Shown: positions 31,489-42,000 of the stretch, one piece after another | Numbering within the stretch: position 1 is the first letter of the stretch | How the letters are laid out: each line of letters begins with the position of its first letter | Origin: Sminthopsis crassicaudata | Lineage: Eukaryota | Length of the DNA stretch: 64,000 nt | Direction of reading: 5' to 3' | NCBI RefSeq assembly: GCF_048593235.1 | Contig: NC_133618.1 | Coordinates: forward strand, 58,624,478-58,688,477 | Notes under the pieces: generated by a model | What the model was told of the DNA's origin: nothing | What the model saw: only the letters and a program-made list of their open reading frames with translations | Databases searched by the model: none | Program-made: the position numbers and the translations under genes

Positions 31489-32419
31489 CATTTACTAAGC
31501 ATGTATTGTGTGCAGAGCACTGTGACAGGTGATGGGAGACAGGGGACAAAGTTTAGATAGGAAAGGGTGGCTGTGGCTTTTATAATCCCAGGAGGAGATG
31601 ACACAAATGTACCTATGATACATAATATTATATAAGTACATTTGCATATGTAAAAAAGTGATATCTGGCTTCCATTTCTATCACTTCACTAGAACTACAT
31701 GCTATAAATGTTGTCAACAATACTCAATTTCTAGATCTAGTGATTTTTTTTTTTTCTTAGCCCTCATCCCCTGGAATTTTCTGCAGTTTTCTACACTGAA
31801 GTTCTCTATGCTTGTGATTCTGAAACACCAATTTCACAAGAACAAACCTCCACAGCCTCAGTTATTTGGGCCCTCCTTCCCATTCTCATTCCAGAGTCAT
31901 CAAAACCCAAATAATGATCAAAATAAGGCTTGGACTGAGATCTAGCAATCAGTGAGAGCCAGAATGATTGGATTTAAGATATGGTCAGGTAGCTCCATTT
32001 GAAAACCAATGGGACTGAATTTAATTACACGGAGCAAAAAGAGTTAATTTGATTTTTTTTTTCTTTCCAGATTGATTTTCTTTTCTTTTGAGTAGACAAA
32101 AGAGTTCATTTTTTTGCTTCATTTTTTTTAAACCTAGCCTAAATCAGACAAAATGAGATCTGGGGAAGACTTAAGGTTAAAAACTCTAAAGTTTCCCACT
32201 GCATACAGGCCCATCTCCAGTTGTCTTGATTTATATCCTGCAGTGGAACCGGATGACTCTGGAGAAAATTGAAGTTAGTGACACTGAACTTAAAGCCAAT
32301 TCACTTACAAGTCAAGCTATCATCCTCCTGGTGTGTATTGGATCTTTTTAAGAATAAAAGATAAACACCAATATCTTCAACCCTATTTCCCAATGTTTCA
32401 GATCTGCTCTCCTCTTCTT

Positions 32420-32830
32420 CCATGCCTTGTGTGGAATTTTTGTCCACGATTCAATAACTTCCTTTCATCTAAAACTTCTTCTCTTGCCATCTTGTAGCTC
32501 TCCCTGAGACGAGCTCCCTCTGGATGTCACTGCATCTCTGACCACCCTTCCAGTACTGACTTTACTTTCTCTCTTATCCCAGTCTGATTATGGTAAAGAA
32601 TCAGAATATTCCTTGAATCCAATTATCACTTCCAGATCCTCTCTCTGTCACAATCACTCAAGGAATCTCTTCATTTTTGAACTTCATGCAATTAAAATGT
32701 ATTACTCAATCAGGTCATTATCTATCAATTCCCAATTCTCCCTCCTTTCTAAATGAATTCAGTACTTGGCCCATGGCCTCCTTTCTCCACCCCTCTCCAC
32801 CCTTGCCTTATTTCTAGGACACTTCACACA
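32420..32830 (+). mobile_element. L2 ORF2 endonuclease relic
   Basis: Degenerate segment resembling the L2 EN motifs (LALTETWLPPDDTASLATL ... PALILGDF); disrupted; boundaries approximate. Confidence 0.55.
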
Positions 32831-33229
32831 TTTTTTATTTCAATTTTATTTTCAGCTCTGAATTCTCTCTCCCATCTCCCACTCCCTCATCCATGAAGAA
32901 GGCAAGAAATATAAAATCTATAACAAATGTATAAATCATGTAAAACTGAGTCTTGCATTAATTATGTTCAAGATTTTTAAAAGGAAGGAAAAAACCATGT
33001 TTCCATCTGCACTAGAGTTCTACATCAACTTTCAGCCTGAAAATGGATATTATATCGAATCATTCTTTGGAACTGTGGTTGATCAGAGTTACCAAATCTT
33101 TCATTGTTGATTATCTTTACAATATTATTTATTGTAGAAATTGTTCTCCTGTCTTTGTTCATTTCATTTTTAAAAGAAACTATACTTTTTTTTTTGACAG
33201 AATATAATTTCTATTCTTATTTTTAAAAA

Positions 33230-34177
33230 ACAATAGAAAGCATAGGAATAAATGGAGCTTTCCTCAACATAATAAGAAGTATCTATCTAAAATGAAGAGC
33301 AAACATTATCTGCAATGGGGATAAGCCAGAAGTTTGCACAGTAAGATAAGGGATACAGCAAAAATGTCCATTATCATTAGTATTATTCAATATTGTATTA
33401 GAAATGCTAGCTATAATCATAAAACAAGAAAAATAAATTGAATAAAAATAGGCAACAAGGAAACAAAACTATACTCTTTGCAGATGCTATGATGTTATAT
33501 TCAGGGAACCCTAAAAAACTAAAAAACTAGTTGAAACAATTAACAACTTTAATAAGTTGCAGAACATAAAATTTAAAACATAATAAATAACTAGCATATC
33601 TATATATATTATCAACAAATTCAGCAGGAAGAAACAGAAAAAACAATTCCATTTGAAATAACTATGAACATTGTAAAGTACTTAGGAATCTACCTGCTAA
33701 GACAGTGTCCTATGTGAACACAATTACAAAACACTTTTTACATAAATAAAGACAAATCTAAACAATTGAAGAAATGTTCATTGCTTGTGGGTGAGCTGAG
33801 CCAATAAAATAAAAATGACTATTCAAACTAAATTAATTTACTTATTCAATGTTATACCAATTAAACTACCAAAGAATTGTTTCATAAAGCTAGGAAAAAA
33901 ACAATAATAAAATTCATCTGGAAAAACAAAAGGTTGAGAATATCAAGAGAATCAATAAAAAAAAAAGTGAAGGGTGATGGCCTAGATTTCCAACTATATT
34001 ACAAAATGGTTATCATCAAAACAATCTGACACTGGCTAAGAAATTGAGCAGTGAGTTAATGGAATAGATTAGGTACATTCATCTGGAAAAACAAAAGGCT
34101 GAGAATATAAAGGAATCAATAAAAAAATTGAAGGATGATGGCCTAGATTTCCAACTATATTACAAAATGTTTATCAT
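33230..34177 (+). mobile_element. Old L1 ORF2 (RT region) relic
   Basis: Degenerate QGCPLS/LFNIVLE region and LFADAMM at about 33474-33494 (FADD motif mutated); multiple disruptions. Confidence 0.85.
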
Positions 34178-35212
34178 AAATGGTCAAAGGATATGAACAG
34201 ACAATTTTAAGATGAAGAAATTGAAATCACTTCTAGTCATATGAAAAAGTGCTCTAGGGGCAGCTAGGTGGAGCAGTGGATAGAGCACCAGCCTTGAATT
34301 CAGGAGGACCTGAGTTCAAATCTGGTGTCAGACACTTAACACTTCCTGTGTGACCCTGGGCAAGTCACTTAACCCCAGCCTGGGGGGGGGGAAGTGCTCT
34401 AAATCACTTTTGATCAGAGAAATACAAATTAAGACAACTCTGAGATACCACTATAAACCTCTCAGATTGGCTGAGTTGACAGGAAAAGATAATGACAAAT
34501 CTTGGAAGGGATATAGGAAAACTGGGACACTGATACATTGTTGGTGGAATTATTAATGCACCCAACCATTCTGGAGAGCAATTTGGAACTGTGCTCAAAA
34601 AGTTATCAAACTGTGTATACCCTTTGATCCAGCAGTGTTACTACTGGGCTTATATCCCAAAGAGATCTTAAAGAAGGGAAAGGGACCTGTATGTGCCAAA
34701 ATGTTTGTGGTGGCCCATTTTGTAGTGGCAAGAAACTGGAAACTGAATGAATGCCCATGAATTGGAGAAAGGCTGAATAAGTTATGGGTATATGAATGTT
34801 ATTGAATATTATTGTTTTATAAAAAAAGATGATTAGGATATGATTTCAGAGAGACCTGGTGAGACTTACATAATTGATTCTGAGTTATATGAGCAGGACC
34901 AGGAGGATCATTGTACACAGCAACAGCAAGATCATACAATGATCAATTCTGATGGACATGATTCTCTTCAGCAATGAGATGATTCACACTAGTTCCAATG
35001 ATCTTGTGATGAAGAGAGCCATCTATATCAAGAGGGAGGACTGTGGGAACTAAATGTGGTTCACAACATAGCATTTTCACTTCTTTTGTAATGGTTGGTT
35101 GCATTTTATTTTCTTTTTCATCTTTTTTTTTCCAGTTTGATTTCACTTTTCTTGTGTAACAAGATAATTATATAAATATGTATTACATATATTGGATTTA
35201 ACATTAAAAAAA
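34178..35212 (+). mobile_element. 5'-truncated younger L1 3' end nested in the older L1
   Basis: aaatggtcaaaggatatgaacag ... 3' UTR ... A tail, flanked by a degenerate 16-bp TSD (34162-34177 / 35213-35228). Confidence 0.8.
34257..34391 (+). mobile_element. WSINE1-type SINE with 10-bp TSD
   Basis: TSD AAGTGCTCTA at 34247-34256 and 34392-34401; ends in a G10 run. Confidence 0.92.
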
Positions 35213-35663
35213 ACAAAGTGGTTATTATCAAAACAACTGATACTGGCTAAGAAATTGAGCAGTGAGTCAATGGAATAGATTAGGTACACAATACATAGTA
35301 ATAAAAGATTATGGTAATCTAGTATGTGTTAAACCCCAAAATCCAAGATTTTGGGGGCAAGAGCTCATTATTTGACAAAAATTGTTAGGGAAAGTGGAGA
35401 ACAGTTTGGTAGAAACTAAGCATAGACCAACATGTCATGTCATATACCAAAATAAGGTCAAAATTGGGTATACAATTTAGACATAAGAGGAAAAATTATA
35501 AGCAAATTAGGGGAGCATGGAAAATTATACCTTTCAGATCTATGATAAGGGAAGAGTTTATTACCAAATGAGAGAGGGGGAGATCATGGGAAATAAAATG
35601 GACAAGTTTTTACATTAAATTTTTAAAGTTTTGCACAAATAGAACAAATGCAGCCAAAATTTA

Positions 35664-35821
35664 TGTGCTTTTTTTTTTTTTTTTTTTTTTGAGGCTGGGG
35701 TTAAGTGACTTGCCCAGAGTCACACAACTAGGAAGTGTTAGGTGTCTGAGACCAGGTTTGAACTCAGGTCCTTCTGAATTCAAGGCTGGTGCTCTATCCA
35801 CTGCGTCACCTAGCTGCCCCC
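35664..35821 (-). mobile_element. WSINE1-type SINE with 16-bp TSD
   Basis: TSD ATGCAGCCAAAATTTA at 35648-35663 and 35822-35837; near-consensus body. Confidence 0.93.
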
Positions 35822-36384
35822 ATGCAGCCAAAATTTAAAATAAAACAGGAAATTGGGGAAAATAATTTTACAGCAAATTTCTCTGACAAAGGCCTCATAT
35901 ATAAGGAACTCAGCTACATTTATAAAAATAAGAACTATTTCCCAATTGATAAATGGTCAAAAGATATGAACTATTTGCAAAAGAAGAAAGCTGTTACCAA
36001 AAGTCACATTAAAAAAAAACCACTAAATAACTATTGATTAGAGAAATGCAAATGGAAGCATTTGTGTGGTACCACTTTATACCTATCAGACATGGTCAGA
36101 CGTGACAAAAAAGGAAAATAATAAATGCTGACGGGAATATGGAAAAATAGGGACATTAATGCACAGCTGGTAGAGTTGTTAGACTATTCTGGAGAACAAG
36201 TTAGATTTATACCCAAAGGCCTATAAAACTGTGTATGTTCTTTGCCCCAGCAATATCACTCCTAAATCTGTTTCACAAAAAGATCAAAGAAAATGGGAAA
36301 GGACTTTTTGTGATGGCAAAGAATTGAAAATTGAGGGGATGCCTATCAACATGGGGATGGCTAAACAAGTTGTGGTATATGTAA

Positions 36385-36625
36385 TAGAATTGTTCAATAG
36401 TTTTCAGTTGTGTTGGACTCTTAATAGTCTCATTTGGGGTTTTCTTGGCAAAGGTACTAGAGTGGTTTGTCATTTCCTTCTCCAACTCATTTAACAGCTA
36501 AGGAAACTGAGGCAAACAGAGTAAAGTGACTTTTCCAGGATCATTCAGCTAGAAAGTATCTGAGGCCAGATTTGAACTTAGGAGGATAAGTCTTCCTGAT
36601 TCTAGCCCAGCTTCACATAGCTGCC
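36385..36625 (-). mobile_element. Mar1-like CORE-SINE
   Basis: ttggggttttcttggcaaagg...tttgtcatttccttct...ggaaactgaggc core. Confidence 0.75.
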
Positions 36626-36655
36626 GTCTGATAGAATATTAGAATATTATTGCAC

Positions 36656-37070
36656 TGTGTGGAATAAGGTATGGTGAAGAACTTACAGATTAAGCACATA
36701 TTGATCAGAGACTGCTAGCTAATGTAAAATCAGGCCTATAGGCCCCAGTCACGTGAAGGCCTAGGCTGCATTCCTTTGCCCAAATAGGGATTAACCTATA
36801 CGTGGCCGAAGAAGCTATAAATCACATTGCCAGCTGCATTCCACTGACCAAATATGACCAATCACAACCTATGGAGGGTGGGATTTTGAAGGTTCTTTGT
36901 CTGAAATGTATAAAAGTTGTGAGCATCTTCAAGAGAGTGGCTCTCTCCTGCTGTGAATCTGGCTCACAGACCAGGATGGGGTCCGCTTCTCGAGATTCTA
37001 ATAAATAATTCTGCTTTTTATGAGTGATCTCTGAGTAGTCATTTCTGGATAGGATTTTCTATCCCTCACA
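36656..37070 (+). mobile_element. Solo ERV LTR (415 bp)
   Basis: TG...CA termini, 4-bp TSD GCAC/ACAC, CCAAT 36858, TATAAAA 36909, AATAAA 37000. Removing it restores contiguous L1 sequence (tattattgcac+cataagaaat). Confidence 0.8.
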
Positions 37071-37560
37071 ACACCATAAGAAATTATAAACAGAATATTT
37101 TTCAAAAAATAAAATATGTCTGGAAAGACATGTGTGAATTGATGTGAAGTGAAGTGGACACAAGCAGGAGAACATTATGCACAGTAACAGTAATATTGTA
37201 TGATCAACTGTGAATGACTTAGCTACTCTGATTGATCCAGTGGATACAGTGATTCAAGACAAATCCAATGGATAAAAAATACTATCCACCTGCAGAGAAA
37301 AAAGTAATGAACTCTTGAGTGCGGATTTTCTTTAATTTTTTTTTTCTTTTTAATTGTTTTTTTCAGCATCAATACTATGGAAATATCCTTTGCATGATTT
37401 CAAATTTTAATTGATATCATATTGCTTGCCTTTTCATATTGCTGGGGGAGGGGTCACAGAGTTACCCAACACTGAATAACAAATTGTGAGCAATGCAATA
37501 GTACATCGGATACAGCATGGGGCTTGGAATCAGGAAAAATCTTCCTGAGTTCAAATTCAG

Positions 37561-37985
37561 NNNNNNNNNNNNNNNNNNNNNNNNNNNNNNNNNNNNNNNN
37601 NNNNNNNNNNNNNNNNNNNNNNNNNNNNNNNNNNNNNNNNNNNNNNNNNNNNNNNNNNNNNNNNNNNNNNNNNNNNNNNNNNNNNNNNNNNNNNNNNNNN
37701 NNNNNNNNNNNNNNNNNNNNNNNNNNNNNNNNNNNNNNNNNNNNNNNNNNNNNNNNNNNNNNNNNNNNNNNNNNNNNNNNNNNNNNNNNNNNNNNNNNNN
37801 NNNNNNNNNNNNNNNNNNNNNNNNNNNNNNNNNNNNNNNNNNNNNNNNNNNNNNNNNNNNNNNNNNNNNNNNNNNNNNNNNNNNNNNNNNNNNNNNNNNN
37901 NNNNNNNNNNNNNNNNNNNNNNNNNNNNNNNNNNNNNNNNNNNNNNNNNNNNNNNNNNNNNNNNNNNNNNNNNNNNNNNNNNNNN
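37561..37985. other. Assembly gap (425 N)
   Basis: Run of N. Confidence 1.
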
Positions 37986-38798
37986 NTAGAGATTTTTATT
38001 CTCTCAGTGGTTTGAGGATATAGATTCTTCCCACACAGGCAGCCAGGTGACATAGACACTGGACTTGACTTCAGGAAGACCAGGAAGTCCTAGGCATTTA
38101 ATTTCCCCCTACCTCAGTTTCTTTCATCATTACAGAGATGATAATAGCACCTGCCTCCCCTTGCAAACTAAAAATGCCGCACATATACAAGTGACCATGA
38201 TTATTACCAGAGGGATCCGAACGAGGTCTCTGGGTTGCAACAATCTGAGACAAAGTAATCTCCCAGGCCGCGTCTCCTGAGTGGGATGGAACTAGCTGTT
38301 ACTAAGGGTGCTTTCTGGCCTTGTAGGAACATACATTGTTTCCATCCTGAGGGCAGGGTCCAGCTTTATTGTATTTAGACCCCACGTGGACGCCTGATGG
38401 AGAAGAGGACCAGGAAGGGAAGGGGACAGGATCGGGAAATCAGAACGTCTGAGGGACCTCCGAGATCAATTCCACCCCCCTCAGGTTCAGATAAGGAAAC
38501 TGTTAAAGGGAGGCAGTCACTTCTCCTGAGGTCTCCTCATTAGCATAACAGACCAGTGGCCAAACTACCGATCCCAAGGGGCCCTGTCCCAGCCAAGTCC
38601 TCCCGAGTGGTGGCAGAGGAAGAGGAAGCAGGGACCCCGAGTTTGCCGCCGCTTCCCTAGGGATGGGAGCCTAAGACGGGATGGGACGTGGGGGGAGGGA
38701 TGGGTCGGGGAGGGGAGTTTGCTCAGGCAGCCTCCCCGTTGCCCTCCTTCCCCCTCCTCCCACCAGCATCCCAGCCCCTCCTCCTTCATAGCCTAGGT

Positions 38799-38831
38799 GA
38801 AAGCGAAAGCTGAAATTACAAGAAAAGGAAG
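38799..38831 (+). promoter_or_regulatory. PSMB10 promoter ISRE/IRF-E with adjacent ETS core
   Basis: GAAAGCGAAAGCTGAAA (38799-38815) matches the GAAAnnGAAA IRF consensus, about 190 nt before the ATG. GGAAGT at 38826-38831. PSMB10 is an established IFN-gamma/IRF1-inducible gene. Confidence 0.75.
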
Positions 38832-39006
38832 TATCAAAGTTATCTGTGCGCGGTCCCCTGGCAGTCCTGCGGGAGCCCCGACCCCAGCGCGCCCCTCTGG
38901 CCCCTTTCTGCCTCCCCAACCTTTCCAGCCCCGCCCCTTGTCCCACCTGCCGAGGCTGGGGCAGTCTCCTCCCGGCTCTCCGCCTCAGGACCCCCCAGCT
39001 CAGGCC

Positions 39007-39062
39007 ATGCTGCAGGCAGATTGGAACCCCCAGGGGGGCTTCTCCTTCAAAAACTGCCAGAG
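39007..39062 (+). CDS. PSMB10: PSMB10 exon 1
   Basis: [22 protein letters not shown] |gtaaga, 56 nt. Confidence 0.93.
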
Positions 39063-42000
39063 GTAAGAGGGAGCCGCTTGGGGCAGGGTTGGGGAGGGAG
39101 GGTATTGTGCTGTGCCTGTTCCCCTTCTCTGCAGACTCGGGGCACACCGCCTTGAGTTTCTGGGAACTCAGATGAAAAGTGAAACTGACTGGGTGGGGGA
39201 GGGGAGGGGGAATCTTGGGGGGTTGCTGCAGTTCTTACCTGGATGGTCCTGGGACGCCTCAAGGGTGTGTGGGCGGCGGGGGAGAGGGGGACAAAAAACT
39301 ATAAACTGCATTGAAAGGGTCTGTGTTCAAGGGACCCCTTCTAATGCGATTCCTGACTCGAGGGTCTTTTCTTCCTTTTTCCTACACCCCAGAAATACAT
39401 TTCTGGAGTCTTCCCTAAAGGGACTCCGGGTCCCTCATCCCCGAAAAACCGGTACCACCATCGCCGGCCTTGTGCTCCAGGTGAGGGGGGATGGGGTGCG
39501 GAGGAGAGTGCCGGAGGGTGGGCGAGGGGAGTCGCCCTGGGAGCAGTGTGGCGCCGGTAGAAGAACCTGTAGTCCCAGGGCTGGAGTAAAGCCTGACCTG
39601 CCTTCTAGGATGGAGTCATCCTCGGGGCGGACACCAGGGCCACCAATGACTCCGTTGTGGCCAACAAGAACTGCGAAAAAATCCACTTCATCGCCCCCAA
39701 CATCTAGTGAGTCTCCTGTCCCACCTCCCCTCCCCTACTCATCCCCGCCACCTCCTCCTTGGTGCACGGCAGTTAGAGCTGGAGGCGTCCATCACAAAGC
39801 ACCCAGGCCAAGCCTCTTATTTTACAAACGAGGAAACTGAGTCCGCAAGAAAGAAGCGAGTTAATGAGAGTTCGAGGCTGCCTGAGATTGAAAATCATCC
39901 CTCTGGCTCAAACCCAAGTTCTTTCCATAGTTAATAGGAGCAGACCTTTTGCTCCAGACTTCTCACCGCCCCCCCCACAACCCTAGCCTAGCTTGACCCT
40001 CCCCCTACAAGCCTCTTTCTCTAACGCTGACTCTCCCCTCAGCTGCTGCGGGGCAGGGGTCGCAGCAGATGCTGAGATGACCACACAAATGATGGCGTCC
40101 AACATGGAGCTCCACGCTTTGTCCACAGGCAGGAAGCCACGGGTGGCCACCGTCACTCGAATGCTCCGCCAGATGCTGTTCCGGTACAAGCAAAGAAAAA
40201 TTCTGGAAGATCTGGGAAAGAGGCAGAGAGAGTGCATGCTTGGGATGGGCTGGAAGATAAATGTGGGGGGAAGCAAGAGCTGAAGGGAAATGGGCTGGTT
40301 GGGGGAACCGGGAGGTGGAGAGAAGAAATGATGAGACATCTCCCCACAGCTACCAGGGCCACATTGGGGCCTCCCTGATTGTAGGCGGAGTGGACATCAC
40401 AGGCCCCAATCTCTACAGCGTGCATCCCCATGGCTCCTACAGCCGACTGCTTTTCACTGCTTTGGGTGAGTCCCTGATCCCTAGGCAGACCTCCCCACTC
40501 CACACTCCTAGAATTTCAGGTAGAAAATACCCAGAGGACATCCACATCCCCCCCAATTTTACAATGAGAAAACTGAGATTCCAATAGCTTAGGTGACTGG
40601 CCCAAGGTCACATAGGAAGTAAATGCAAAAGCCCAGATTCTAATAATCCAGGGCCCCCAACTTCAAATCTGACATTCTTCCCCTTTTGCTTCCCTAGACA
40701 GGATGCCAATAACTGTTGGAAAAAGTTTCTTTAACATTCATTCCAAATCTGCTCCGGTATAGCCTCCATGTTTGCTAGGCAGCACAAGGAGTTATCAATC
40801 AGAAGCACCGAGTTAGGATCCTTATCTTACTAGCCCTGTGACCCTTGGCAATTTACTTGCCCAGCCTGGATCAGCCTTGGTTTCCCTACCCATAAAATGA
40901 GTTCATTAACATTTGCTGGATTAACATGAGGATCCAAGTGAGAGATGTACTTTGTAAGCTTTAAAGTGTTATAAAAATAATAGCTAATATTATTGAGACC
41001 TCTGAGACCAAATGTCTCTAAGGATATTTCCCTAACTCTGCCTCCTCACTCCTTCCCCTCAAAAAACAAACTTCTTAGTCCTATGTATATGTGGCAACAG
41101 ACCAGGACCGGAGATGTGTCTTGAGGGATTGTGGAAAGGGTCCAAGGGGAGAAAGTTGCCTAATACTTAACACTGCTCACCATCTACCTTCCCTCACCTT
41201 CCAAAAGGCTCTGGACAGGCAGCAGCCATTGCTATGCTAGAGGATCGCTTCAAACCAAATATGACGGTGAGAGCTCCTTCTCCTATCCTGTCCCTGGACC
41301 ATCACCCTCATCCTCCTCATCTTCTCAGTTCTCTTCTGATCTTCTCATTTCTCTCTACCTGCTGCTGTGCTGAAACCTGCTTCCTTTATCATGGGGAGCA
41401 ACACTACATGTGGAGGATGTTTTTCTTATTGCAAACCATCAAAGAAGAGTCCTTGGGGCTGACTGAGAGGCTAGCAATAAGAAGCTGAGACAGGCTGAGC
41501 TCAGGACCTGTCCACCACCTCCCCTGCTCTGTAAATGAGTTGAGTGGCAGATGCTTCCTCGGCCAGGAAATGAGAACACATTAGGAGGCTGAATAGTGGA
41601 AAGTACAGGATGGCTTTGAAATGGGAGGAGGAGGCAGCCTGTTCCTAAGATAGAATGCCTGTTAAAAAACAAAAACAAAAAAAAAAAAAAAAAAACCATT
41701 TTGAAAACCTTAAGATGCTTCAGTGTGTTCCCTATTAGATAGGAGAGAGTGAGCAAATTGTAGATGGACCAGAAAACTTTGCGGGGGAGGAGGGGAGGAG
41801 AAAAGGTCCAGGGTCTGCTTGATCTCAGAGACAGAATTAGGTTCAATGAATACAAGTTGTAGAGAGGCAGATTTTGACTGAATGTTCCCAAGGCCCTCTG
41901 GCAAGGAGAGTTCAAAATAAGTGAAGAAAGCCAGCTCCGTTCTAGGATAGATCAAGCCCCAACCCTCAACAAAGTAGAGTGAAGAATAGATGGGGGGGCT

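Larger units (their letters stand above)
35213..37450 (+). mobile_element. Continuation of the old L1 (ORF2 C-terminus/3' UTR), interrupted by SINEs and an LTR
   Basis: L1-like segments (actggctaagaaa, aaatggtcaaaagatatgaac, tatacccaaagg) resume on both sides of each insertion. Confidence 0.75.

Noticed and set aside
34257-34330. tRNA-like A/B boxes
   Set aside because: These are the tRNA-derived heads of SINEs, not tRNA genes; the same applies to all SINE copies.
33230-37450. Potentially active L1
   Set aside because: FADD motif is mutated to FADA, with many disruptions and nested insertions.
37454-38059. ORFs spanning N runs (also 43698-43970)
   Set aside because: Artefacts of assembly gaps.
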